Shown: piece by piece, positions 1 through 8,856 of the stretch | Layout: each line of letters begins with the position of its first letter | Numbering within the stretch: the stretch's first letter is position 1 | Assembly: GCA_965209085.1 (NCBI GenBank) | Contig: OZ242376.1 | Location: 1,625,695 to 1,657,694 of the forward strand | Direction: 5' to 3' | DNA from: Nitrosopumilaceae archaeon | GTDB taxonomy: Archaea > Thermoproteota > Nitrososphaeria > Nitrososphaerales > Nitrosopumilaceae | Length of the DNA stretch: 32,000 nt | Notes under the pieces: model-generated | What the model was told of the DNA's origin: nothing | Database searches by the model: none | The model's input: the letters and a program-made list of their open reading frames with translations, nothing else | Program-made: the position numbers and the translations under genes

Positions 1-106
1 TTCCCCCATCCTTTGTGTCCAATCTATGCGTAAATTCTGTCATTTGTTTATTCGTCTTTTCGACAAAAACTCTCAGTCTTCCAATTTGCGATATGTTGGA
101 CATCAT
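1..106 (-). CDS. 5' end of a hypothetical ORF that runs off the left edge of the window
   Basis: ATG-ATG at 101-106 on the minus strand. The frame stays open to position 1 (MMSNISQIGRLRVFVEKTNKQMTEFTHRLDTKDGG...). No motif recognised. Confidence 0.2.
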   Translation of the reverse strand, partial: MMSNISQIGRLRVFVEKTNKQMTEFTHRLDTKDGG

Positions 107-159
107 TGCTCATGAGATGGATTATTTATTGATGATATTTGGATCTAAATGATCGTATG

Positions 160-190
160 TTATTGACTAATTTGTTAGGCATGAGATGAC
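160..190 (+). promoter_or_regulatory. 31-nt motif, copy 1 (ttattgactaatttgttaggcatgagatgac), shared with 11505-11535
   Basis: 28 of 31 nt are identical to 11505-11535. It lies in the divergent spacer between the ORF ending at 106 (-) and the ORF starting at 316 (+). Confidence 0.4.
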
Positions 191-315
191 TACAATTTCC
201 CACATAAATACTCAATTCAGAGAAGATCCGTATTTCATGCCTAACGCCTATGAACCGATAACTTTACAGAACCCATTGGCGGATGATTTATTAATATAGA
301 GTTTAAACATAATAT

Positions 316-1002
316 ATGAATGATGATGAATTTAAGGATCTATGCAATAAACAGGGATGGGATTCAGATCTTGCACAAGAATATTATAACATAATATCGA
401 AAATATTTGATGATGCATTACAAAAAGATACTGAATTTAACGAAAAACTTGTAAATAGACAAAACGAATTTCATCGCACAGCATTACAAAATTATAAAAA
501 TTGGATGGAGTTATATGAAAAAATACGAAAAACCGTTGATTTTAAAAATGGTGATGAAGTAGACTTGATGTTTCTTACACGTTATTTGATGACAGTTGAG
601 AGTTTGGCTTCCCATTATGTAACTATATTATATTATGCATGTCGTAAAGCATACGATGATGTTGATGATAAAGAACATAAGTCGTTTAATACCGTACATA
701 ATTACATATCACTTGGAAACAAATTAGAATTTATTAAAAAACACGGTTTAAAAAAGTATGCAAATCATGTAGATCATAAAACTCGTAATTCTATAGGACA
801 TATGACTTTTAAAATAAATAATGGTAAAATCAAAATCCCTGAAAATAAAACTGAAATACATGGTTATGATGAAATAAATATAGAACAAATGGGCGAAAAT
901 TTAGACACTCATACTATTGCCATATTTGCTGCCATATGGCGCTATTATGGTCAGTATTCCAATGTCTCATCTGATATTTCTGATTGGATAACTCATCTAT
1001 AA
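316..1002 (+). CDS. Low-GC orphan protein with a HEPN-like R-N-x3-H motif; candidate RNase, toxin or abortive-infection component
   Basis: ATG ORF of 228 aa. A hand count of its first 120 nt gives about 28% G+C, clearly below the neighbouring housekeeping genes. The residues HVDHKTRNSIGHMTF contain RNSIGH, which fits the Rx4-6H HEPN signature. No other family signature was recognised. Confidence 0.45.
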   Translation: MNDDEFKDLCNKQGWDSDLAQEYYNIISKIFDDALQKDTEFNEKLVNRQNEFHRTALQNYKNWMELYEKIRKTVDFKNGDEVDLMFLTRYLMTVESLASHYVTILYYACRKAYDDVDDKEHKSFNTVHNYISLGNKLEFIKKHGLKKYANHVDHKTRNSIGHMTFKINNGKIKIPENKTEIHGYDEINIEQMGENLDTHTIAIFAAIWRYYGQYSNVSSDISDWITHL

Positions 1003-1061
1003 TACAATATTTTAATTTAAAACAAACCAAATCGTAACTGTCTAGAGTTTTGAAGCGATTT

Positions 1062-1103
1062 GATCATATGATCGAGTATTTTCCATCATGATCTTTATGG
1101 ATC
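1062..1103. other. Cluster of four GATC sites within 42 bp
   Basis: GATC occurs at 1062, 1070, 1090 and 1100 (tttGATCatatGATCgag...catGATCtttatgGATCggg). Confidence 0.5.
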
Positions 1104-1143
1104 GGGTACAAACATAACGAATTGTTGCCAGAACGTGACCAAA

Positions 1144-1445
1144 ATGACCATAACCAAAGGCCACACTGCATTGCAAGAAATTGCGCAGTTACAACGTATC
1201 AATAAACGACAGAAAAGCGAGATTACAGATCTGAAAAACAAATATTCTGCATCTGAGGAAAAATATTCCATACTTGAAAAAAATCTGCAGATCAACAAAA
1301 AGAAATAGATGATCTAAAATTCGCTATAAAGGAACTTGCCGCAAAGAACATCCGCACAAAACCAAACATTTCCAAAACTCTTACAGAAAGAAAATGCTCC
1401 GATCATGCAAGAGTCAGCAGAAAAACCCGTCAGAATCGACAATAA
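1144..1445 (+). pseudogene. Frameshifted coiled-coil ORF remnant, possibly the N-terminal part of another IS-type gene
   Basis: The reading MTITKGHTALQEIAQLQRINKRQKSEITDLKNKYSASEEKYSILEKNLQINKKK stops at 1306-1308. The heptad-like sequence continues in another frame (QQKEIDDLKFAIKELAAKNIRTKPNISK...) to the stop at 1443-1445. The frame break lies in an A-run. The remnant ends directly against the IS at 1453. Confidence 0.3.
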
Positions 1446-1452
1446 AACAAAT

Positions 1453-2842
1453 AGACCTTATACATAATTAACCAAAAAATCAATTTTGGCAAATCGAAAG
1501 ATCTATGATCTAGTATCACGTGCGCATAGCATATGCCAATCAGATAAACGCATGATCTCTAAACTGAAAAAGACGATCTTAAAGATGGGAAAGAAGAGTT
1601 CCGTGCAGGAAAAAAGAATTTCCAAACAGGAATCAGAAATTCAACACTACAAAAAGATGGCACAGAGTAGCAATGATGACAAAAGACAGCATGTCGACAA
1701 ATATTTGAACAAGGGAATTGGAAATGATGTTCATCTATATGAAATGACAGGAATGGACCGTGAAGAATTTGAATGGATTCTATAACGGTTCAAAAAAACC
1801 GTAAAAAATTCATCAGGGACTCCCCGTTTTTCAGAATATGTGGACGATCCTGGAAACACCTGTATCCTTACCGTAAAGCAAGTTTTGTTTATCAGTGCCG
1901 CAAACGCAATAATCTCAAACAGGGAGCACTTGCGTTCATTGCAGACGTTGATCAGAGCACCATCAGCAGATATCTGACCTTTTCTGATGAGCAGTTGATG
2001 GATATTCTTCCAACGGCTAAGAATATTGGTGCTGCAATACGGACTACGTACAAGCGAGTTGTTTAAGAAATTCGTACCTGGCAGGGGCGGCGGCGAGCTG
2101 TATCTTGATGCCACGTTTGTACAGGTTCAAAGGCCGCAGGAGAATCCAGAGGCAGTATACTCTGGAAAACGCAAGAGGCACGTCTACAGCGTACCGATAG
2201 CCTCCAACAAAGATGGAGTGGTAAATGACATTGGCGGTCCAGAAGAGGGCTCCGCACACGACATGGAGGTACTGCGGCGTAATCTGCCAAATTTTGGCAA
2301 ATGGACCGATGGTATGAAAAATCCGGACACGAAAAAAGAGCGCCAAATTATGCTATATACTGACAAGGGATATCTGTCCGTGGAAAAAGACTATCCTGGA
2401 ATTATCTCAAAGCAGCCGTACAAAAACCAAAGGGCAGGAGATTGACAGAGGCAGAACGCGAATACAGCAAGAGGATCAGTCGTAAGCGCATAAAAATAGA
2501 GCATACAATAAACTGACTCAAATGGTTCCGTAGAATGAGTGCCGTATATGATGATACAATGGATGCGTTTTATACAGAAATCCAAGTGGTTACAGGACTG
2601 ACCAATCTGCACATCATGTTAAAGGATCGCAAGTATATCGAACCGTTGGAAAAGGTCTGCCCTCAAATCAAGTAGCACATCTTTGTGCATACAGTCACGC
2701 ATAATATTCTACTTTTTGTCATACATATGATATTTTGATTTATTTTGTTGTCTGCTTGAAGGTTTTAGGTCATGTGTACTTTGATCATGACAGTGTCATA
2801 GTCGGAACCGTATGTTTCAGTGATTGATTATGCATGAGGTCT
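1453..2842 (+). mobile_element. IS5/Harbinger-like insertion sequence (DDE_Tnp_4 type), copy 1, 1390 bp with TIRs, transposase decayed
   Basis: The left end is agaccttatacataattaacc. The reverse complement of the right end is agacctcatgcataatcaatc, giving about 18 of 22 matching TIR positions. The interior encodes HTH_Tnp_4-like and DDE motifs. No target-site duplication could be discerned. Confidence 0.75.
1486..2675 (+). pseudogene. IS5-like DDE transposase, broken by frameshifts and stop codons
   Basis: The pieces are spread over three frames. They are an N-terminal coiled coil (MANRKIYDLV...), an HTH region (NNLKQGALAFIADVDQSTISRYL), a DDE core (LDATFVQVQRP ... YTDKGY ... RIKIEHTIN) and a tail (VVTGLTNLH). 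There is a TAA at EWIL*RF, a 2-nt deletion relative to copy 2, and an in-frame TGA after IEHTIN. Confidence 0.75.
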
Positions 2843-2869
2843 TATGCATAAACTCTTGCAAAAATTGCA

Positions 2870-3313
2870 TCATCCGCTCTTGGATAATTCAATCAGCGCG
2901 GACCATATATGTGCGGGAACCGGCACCACCGAGAGCCGTGATATCCGCAACAGATCCCATCCTGCAAATTGCGAATTAGATTTTATCTCCGAAAGCCCTA
3001 CTGGTCGCGCAAGCGGTTTTACGTATTTTACGTCCACTACAATAAACCTCTCCTCATCCTCTTCGGGGTTTGGATACGGCTCGGATACGATTTTCATAAT
3101 TCCAACCGCGCGCCTCTCCGTACCAGTGTGATAGTACAGTACAAGATCGCCTTTTTTCATGGAGCGCATGTGCTTTAATGCAAGGTTGTTGTGTACGCCG
3201 TCCCAAACGGTTTTACCGTCTTTTTTAAACTGCTCAAAGCTATATCCGCGCGGACCGGAAGGTTCCTGTTTTGCAAGCCAATATTTCACAATACGGCAAG
3301 ACCGCATGTACAT
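2870..3313 (-). CDS. EVE-domain (PUA-like, DUF55/THYN1-type) protein
   Basis: Reads MYMRSCRIVKYWLAKQEPSGPRGYSFEQFKKDGKTVWDGVHNNLALKHMRSMKKGDLVLYYHTG...GIMKIVSEPYPNP, the typical EVE pattern. The start was moved to ATG 3313; the 215-aa ORF-track extension looks spurious. Confidence 0.75.
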   Translation of the reverse strand: MYMRSCRIVKYWLAKQEPSGPRGYSFEQFKKDGKTVWDGVHNNLALKHMRSMKKGDLVLYYHTGTERRAVGIMKIVSEPYPNPEEDEERFIVVDVKYVKPLARPVGLSEIKSNSQFAGWDLLRISRLSVVPVPAHIWSALIELSKSG

Positions 3314-3519
3314 TTTACCCTTGCTTGCATATTTCAAAAATGTTCCCCGGTTCTGACTCGCACCAGGGTCATCGGCAATAGCCACAACCTCCCTGAGTTC
3401 TTTGGCCGGGGGAATGCCCTGTAGCGTGCCTGGGTGAACCGCCTGCTCATCTAAATCACAACGATACGAATCACGCGGTCCGTCTGCACGCCTGCTCTTG
3501 GGGCAATTCGCACTCAAAC

Positions 3520-5115
3520 CTAGTCAAATATTAATCCAGAGACGTCAATTTCAAATGCGGACACAGACTGGCGTATTTTTCTGTCGGATCGAACTGTACC
3601 TGCGATTGTACCAACCGATCCAATCTTCTTTCCTCCCACTTCCACGGACGCGCTCTGACCTGCATCAAGCAACGGATGCTTTGATGCTGCAGTTTTTGCC
3701 TTTAAGCCAAGCCCGGATAAAACAGCCTGTAAAAGTGATTTTGCCTCCGTATAGTTTGCCCCGCCATGCGCCAAAACCGCGCACAGATGCGTCTCTTCGT
3801 GAACCGGAGATTTTACATCAAAAACGGTTCCAATCTCAAAGAGTCTCTGCGGATATTCTTCGTGTACGTTGTGCGAGAGGGAATCAAGCAGTCCGTCAAG
3901 CAAAGAGCTGCGCAATACAGTATTTGCTGCAACTTTGAGATTTTTTTTGCCATCCCCCTCTACGAGTGCGGAATTTTTCGCCTCTGTACATCCAAGTCCC
4001 ACCATGGCATATCCTAGCGCGCCGGTCATATCGGATGCGGCACTAAGAGAACCGATGAATGGGTGCGGCGAGAGCTTTGGAGTTATGTTTTGCACCCCAT
4101 ACCCCAGTATTGCCTCCTCTACAAGATCCATCGGACCGAATATGTCAAAACGGTGCCGCAGTATGTGGCACACCAGGTTTGCACCAGAAACTGTAGAGTA
4201 AATTCCGCTCTTGGCCAGCGAAGAACGGACTTGTTTTGCACCCATGTCCAATCCCAATGTATCAGATACCAGTTTGATGGGCAGTTTTTGCACTACAGGC
4301 AAAAGCTTTGCAGTAGAATTTCCCGCACCAGATACTCCAACCTCGTATATGGTAAATCCCATCTCCGATAAAGTGGCAGATACTATGGAGAGCGCATCTT
4401 CGGCATTGCGCCTCTCTGTTCCGGTAACTTCGACAAATATGCCATCCACTCCGGCAGTTAACGCCGTAGAGGCGGCGTTTATTATCGGAGGTAAGGATAT
4501 GACAGAATCTGTCGAATCCTTCAAAAGAGGCACTCTTGCAAAACCTTGTAGCAGATTCCCGTATAATGCGCCAATTGGGGTTTTTTTCAAAATATCGGCA
4601 ACGGACATTTCATGAACAGAGCCCAAGGGTACAAACTTTTCGGATAATTCAGCCGTACCGTAGGAGAGCGGAAAGGATACTGCCCCAAGATTGTGCACTC
4701 CGATGGAGGATTTTTTCCTGTTTCGGCACAGTCCCATATGCAGATCCTCCTGCATTGCCATGAGCATTTTTATCTCAGAATTGCCCAGTTTTTTACCGCG
4801 TGCTATAATTCCTACAATGTACGGGCGCACTTTGCTAACGGCTGAATCAACCCTGATGCGGTTTAATTTAGTGCCTGATTTTAGCGGGAATTTTGGAGCA
4901 GGTTTTGATTTACCCCCCATGTAGCGCAGTCCTGCGGCAATTCCGTATACTGTGGAATAGTCTGGCCTGTTTGGACTGTATTCTACCCGCACCGTGTGCG
5001 CATCCTCGCCCTCTATGTCAAGTCCAAGATACGGCAGCATTTGTAGCAGTTTTTTTGTATTTTTTATTCCCACAAGTTTGGACAGCTGTGCAAATTCCAG
5101 CTCGACTACCGGCAT
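3520..5115 (-). CDS. pheT: Phenylalanyl-tRNA synthetase beta subunit (archaeal type)
   Basis: MPVVELEFAQLSKLVG...VEYSPNRPDYSTVYGIA is a typical archaeal PheT N-terminus. About 531 aa. It overlaps the pheS stop by 10 nt, indicating operon arrangement. Confidence 0.9.
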   Translation of the reverse strand: MPVVELEFAQLSKLVGIKNTKKLLQMLPYLGLDIEGEDAHTVRVEYSPNRPDYSTVYGIAAGLRYMGGKSKPAPKFPLKSGTKLNRIRVDSAVSKVRPYIVGIIARGKKLGNSEIKMLMAMQEDLHMGLCRNRKKSSIGVHNLGAVSFPLSYGTAELSEKFVPLGSVHEMSVADILKKTPIGALYGNLLQGFARVPLLKDSTDSVISLPPIINAASTALTAGVDGIFVEVTGTERRNAEDALSIVSATLSEMGFTIYEVGVSGAGNSTAKLLPVVQKLPIKLVSDTLGLDMGAKQVRSSLAKSGIYSTVSGANLVCHILRHRFDIFGPMDLVEEAILGYGVQNITPKLSPHPFIGSLSAASDMTGALGYAMVGLGCTEAKNSALVEGDGKKNLKVAANTVLRSSLLDGLLDSLSHNVHEEYPQRLFEIGTVFDVKSPVHEETHLCAVLAHGGANYTEAKSLLQAVLSGLGLKAKTAASKHPLLDAGQSASVEVGGKKIGSVGTIAGTVRSDRKIRQSVSAFEIDVSGLIFD

Positions 5116-6527
5116 TTTGAAACCTCTCTGAGCCATTTTATGTCATTATTGTAAAATTCCCGCACGTCAGATACGCCATACTTTAGCATTGCAATGCGTT
5201 CAATTCCGCCGCCCCATGCAAGCACGGGACCTGGAATTGCAAGCGGTCGTATAACTTCGGGCCGGAATATTCCCATTCCAAACATTTCCACCCATTTTCC
5301 AAGATTTTCATTATACACCATTGTCTGTAAAGACGGCTCAGTGTATGGAAAGAATGTGGGCCAAAACCGAACTTTACCCAATCCTATGCGCCGGTAAAAT
5401 TCCCCCTGTATTCCCATAAGATCCCGCAGCGTGGCATCCGGGCCTGAGAGCACGCCCTCTACCTGGTGGAATTCTGCTAGGTGCTTGTAGCTCTGTTTTT
5501 CGTTGCGAAAAACACTCCCTAATGAAAAGATGCGCGCTTTTTTTGGACGCGTTTTTGCAAGATGGTTTACCGTAACGCACGTAGTATGCGTACGCAGCAC
5601 CATACGGGAAGATTCTGTCCTGTTCCATGTATATTTCCAGTTTTTTTCATGAGCTGCTGCCACCTTTGAGAATTGATCCTTTGATGCAAATCTGGAGGAT
5701 TTTGCCCCCTCGATGTAAAACGTATCCTGCATTTCCCGCGCCGGATGATCCTGCGGCGTAAAGAGTGCATCAAAATTCCAAAATCCAGGCTGTGCCAAAT
5801 TTCCGTCAATCTCCTCAAAGCCAAGAGCCACAAACGCCTCCCTTACCTCGCGTATTGTTTCAGTTAGTGGATGGCGCCGTGAAGCGTACATCACCGGAAC
5901 GTCTGCATCAACATCGATGGCTCCCGCATGTATGTTTTTTGAAAAATCAAGTGCTAGACCTTCATCGGTAAGTGATATTTGCTGTCTGTTGGTTTTTTTG
6001 ATTTTAAAAAAATCCGGACGCTCCATCAAATGTATGCATCCTGGATCTGTCTTTGCTTGACTTTCGGCAATTTCCCTTCCAGGGTCGGCCATCCCCGCGC
6101 TCTTGAACATTTCCAAAACTTTTTCTCCAGGCAAAAGTTTTGGCGCAGATTTTTCCAAACGTAAAATTCCGTCCCTGACGGATACAAATTTGCCATCCCG
6201 GGCCTCTTTTATTGCAGAACCAAACGCTCCGCCAAGCATGCCGGATGCTTCTGCCATACTCATCTCTTTTGATTTTAAAAGTTTCAGCAGCCTTCTCTCC
6301 GGAAGCCCATGTTCTGCAGCCTCGAGTCCGTTTTTTCCAAGCAAGAGTACAATCGAGGTCTGTGTGTTTACATTTGCAAGTTTTTTCAGCCGAAGCCATT
6401 CGGTTCCGCGTCTAATCTGATCCTCGCCAAGATCCGTCCGGGTCAAAAGTTTTGTCATATCAGATGTGCCATACTCTTTTAACGCTTTGATTATTTTTTC
6501 CTCTATTGCGTGTAATACCTGCGCCAT
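5106..6527 (-). CDS. pheS: Phenylalanyl-tRNA synthetase alpha subunit
   Basis: 473 aa. Class II core motifs are present (FNFDALFTPQDHPARE, LRTHTT, FRNE...HLAEFHQVEG, GGGIERIAMLKYG). Confidence 0.92.
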   Translation of the reverse strand: MAQVLHAIEEKIIKALKEYGTSDMTKLLTRTDLGEDQIRRGTEWLRLKKLANVNTQTSIVLLLGKNGLEAAEHGLPERRLLKLLKSKEMSMAEASGMLGGAFGSAIKEARDGKFVSVRDGILRLEKSAPKLLPGEKVLEMFKSAGMADPGREIAESQAKTDPGCIHLMERPDFFKIKKTNRQQISLTDEGLALDFSKNIHAGAIDVDADVPVMYASRRHPLTETIREVREAFVALGFEEIDGNLAQPGFWNFDALFTPQDHPAREMQDTFYIEGAKSSRFASKDQFSKVAAAHEKNWKYTWNRTESSRMVLRTHTTCVTVNHLAKTRPKKARIFSLGSVFRNEKQSYKHLAEFHQVEGVLSGPDATLRDLMGIQGEFYRRIGLGKVRFWPTFFPYTEPSLQTMVYNENLGKWVEMFGMGIFRPEVIRPLAIPGPVLAWGGGIERIAMLKYGVSDVREFYNNDIKWLREVSKCR

Positions 6528-6580
6528 TTGGAAAAAATATCTAAAAAGACTTTTTAAACCTTGAGACAGATTTGAAAGAG

Positions 6581-7693
6581 ATGTCAGCGGATGATTTTAC
6601 GGTAACCCCGTGGAACGTCAGCGGCAAAATTGATTACGAGAAACTCATAAAACGCTTTGGCACTGAAAAGATGACCGAAAAGATGCTCGAAAAGATGCGC
6701 GCGGTTGCAGGTGAAGATCATTTTATGCTGCGCAGAGGTATTTTTTTCTCGCATCGGGATTTGGGGGAAGTGCTTGATGCGTACAAAAAAGGCGAAAAAT
6801 TTTTCATGTATACCGGAAGAGGTCCGTCCGGCCATACACACATAGGCCATCTGCTTCCGTGGGTTTTTGCAAAATGGCTGCAGGACAGATTTGGCGCCAA
6901 AATGTACTTTCAGATTACCGATGATGAAAAATTTTATACAAAACAAAACCTTACTTTGGAGGAGACCTCCAAATATGCAATTGAAAACGCACTTGACTTT
7001 ATCGCTCTTGGATTTGATCCCAAAAAAACAAAGATCATAATAAATACAAAAGACATTGCAGATTTGTATCCCATTGCAGCGCAGGTTGCAAAAAAGATAA
7101 ATTTTTCAAACACAAAGGCGGTCTTTGGATTTAACGGTAAGACAAACATCGGAACCATATTTTATACGGCTCTCCAGTCCGCGCCGTGTTTTATCGAAAA
7201 TAAACGCGTACTCATCCCGTTGGGCGTTGATCAGGATCCGCACTTTAGACTCACGCGCGATGTTGCACCAAAACTTGGCAGGCCAAAGCCGGCGCTGATA
7301 CACAATGTAATGCTTCCAGCTCTTGAAGGTCCAGGGGGGAAAATGTCCGCATCCTCAGATACTGGAACGATATACACAACAGACGATCCCGTACAGGTAA
7401 AGAAAAAAATAACAAAATATGCATTTTCAGGCGGCCAGCCGGACATCAAAATGCACCGCCAGATGGGCGGCAATACGGACATTGACGTATCTTTCCAGTA
7501 TCTGAAAATGTTCTTCGAGCCAGATGATGCAAAACTTGAAGATATACGCAAGAAGTACAGTTCTGGCAGCATGCTGACCGGCGAATTAAAGGCAATATTG
7601 GTTGAAAAAGTAAACGAATTTTTATCAGAACATCAGAAAAAACGTATGGAGGCAAAGAACCGTCTTGACGAGTTTCTTTATTCGAGGAAATGA
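6581..7693 (+). CDS. trpS: Tryptophanyl-tRNA synthetase (archaeal/eukaryotic type)
   Basis: Contains VTPWNVSGKIDYEKLIKRFG, a HIGH-type motif (GHTHIGHL) and a KMSKS-type motif (KMSASS). ATG at 6581; the ORF track starts at an upstream TTG at 6572. Confidence 0.88.
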   Translation: MSADDFTVTPWNVSGKIDYEKLIKRFGTEKMTEKMLEKMRAVAGEDHFMLRRGIFFSHRDLGEVLDAYKKGEKFFMYTGRGPSGHTHIGHLLPWVFAKWLQDRFGAKMYFQITDDEKFYTKQNLTLEETSKYAIENALDFIALGFDPKKTKIIINTKDIADLYPIAAQVAKKINFSNTKAVFGFNGKTNIGTIFYTALQSAPCFIENKRVLIPLGVDQDPHFRLTRDVAPKLGRPKPALIHNVMLPALEGPGGKMSASSDTGTIYTTDDPVQVKKKITKYAFSGGQPDIKMHRQMGGNTDIDVSFQYLKMFFEPDDAKLEDIRKKYSSGSMLTGELKAILVEKVNEFLSEHQKKRMEAKNRLDEFLYSRK

Positions 7694-7977
7694 ACAAAAC
7701 ACGCGTACAGTGTCAGGACAAATATGAGGCTCAAAAACTTGCCAGCATTATATATCGGCAGGAAAAAGGCGAGACGTTTTTGCATGCAGTAATCGGGGTA
7801 TACGAGCAGGAGGTTGTCCTAGCATTAAAGGACAAGTCAGCGCACAGCGTCATCATGGCAGATTCGAATAACGCTGAAACGTTTGTTGATTTTGTCCAGT
7901 CAGTCATAGACGGAAGCGCCCAGATGCTTGGAACCAGTACGACCGGCTCTCAGGTAGAGATGATAAAGTCAGATTAG
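7690..7977 (+). CDS. Hypothetical small protein (95 aa)
   Basis: Its ATG overlaps the trpS stop (ATGA). No motif recognised. Confidence 0.4.
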   Translation: MNKTRVQCQDKYEAQKLASIIYRQEKGETFLHAVIGVYEQEVVLALKDKSAHSVIMADSNNAETFVDFVQSVIDGSAQMLGTSTTGSQVEMIKSD

Positions 7978-8295
7978 CGGTTTTGATACTTCCGAGTCTA
8001 GCTCTTCTTGTACGCGAAGAAAATACATTGCCGTCGTATACGGCATCGCATCTATGTTCGAATCCGCCGCCATGACAAAATAACGTACTGCACGCTTTGA
8101 TATGTCCAGATTGAATTTTTGGGGCAAAATTGGATCCTGTTTTACAGCAATTTTATCCTGCAGCCACGGAGGTGCCATCTCTATTGCATCAGCTATGATT
8201 TTCTCATACCAAGAGGCCAAAAGTTCAGGCTGTAGTCCATCCTGCATATTTTTTACATCCGATCCCAGTTTCTTTGCCAAATTCTGTATTATCAT
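7969..8295 (-). CDS. Hypothetical protein (108 aa)
   Basis: Clean ORF, convergent with the previous one and overlapping it by 9 nt. No motif recognised. Confidence 0.45.
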   Translation of the reverse strand: MIIQNLAKKLGSDVKNMQDGLQPELLASWYEKIIADAIEMAPPWLQDKIAVKQDPILPQKFNLDISKRAVRYFVMAADSNIDAMPYTTAMYFLRVQEELDSEVSKPLI

Positions 8296-8360
8296 GCCAT
8301 AATGTGGCAGTTTTTGGTATTACAGTATATGATCAAAATTCTAAAGCTGCATGTCAAATT

Positions 8361-8825
8361 TTAGAGTCTGTGACCTTCAGAATCCACTTCTCCGTTTCTC
8401 ATGCGCGTGCTAGATATCGGCTTCCCGTCATACGCATTTACCATCGGCACTCTCACAATATCCACCGCCGGCAATTTTCTTTTTGCTCTTTTGGCGTTTA
8501 ATTCCTTGCCCCTGTACGAGGTCTCCTCGCTTGCAATCAGCGCGTCCACATCTCCTTGCAGTACCGCCGGACCAAAGTCATCCTCCAAAGGACTTGTGGA
8601 ATATTTTGCGCTAGGAAAGTTTTTTTCCAGTGCTTTGCGGAGATTCGCCAGTCTCTTATCGTACGTGTTACGCAATTTTTTTCCTTTTTTACTGGCCATA
8701 TTGTCCGTACATATGCCTATGATCACACTTTCTGAAATTTCAAAGGATGCGGCAAATATGGCCATATGTCCCTTGTGAAGTATGTCAAATGTGCCGCCCG
8801 TAGCTGAAATTTTGAATCGTTTCAT
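8361..8825 (-). CDS. Cytidylyltransferase-fold protein, archaeal phosphopantetheine adenylyltransferase-like
   Basis: The N-terminal GGTFDILHKGH is the (H/T)xGH nucleotidyltransferase signature. The 154-aa size and the C-terminal ISSTRMR fit archaeal PPAT (COG1019). Confidence 0.7.
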   Translation of the reverse strand: MKRFKISATGGTFDILHKGHMAIFAASFEISESVIIGICTDNMASKKGKKLRNTYDKRLANLRKALEKNFPSAKYSTSPLEDDFGPAVLQGDVDALIASEETSYRGKELNAKRAKRKLPAVDIVRVPMVNAYDGKPISSTRMRNGEVDSEGHRL

Positions 8826-8856
8826 GAAATTTTTTACGACATCTCCAAAAATAAAC

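Noticed and set aside
3314-3517. The upstream extension of the EVE ORF to 215 aa.
   Set aside because: The extension has no EVE-like sequence and is Arg/Pro-rich, as expected of an out-of-context frame. The domain begins right after the MYM at 3313.
3498-6420. Numerous 60-150-aa ORFs in alternative frames or antisense to pheT and pheS. The same pattern occurs inside trpS, the RecJ-like gene, serS, ABCE1, the M50 protease and the LarA-like gene.
   Set aside because: They are fully nested in strongly supported genes and have low-complexity, Arg/Ser/Cys-rich translations with no motifs. These are typical shadow ORFs.
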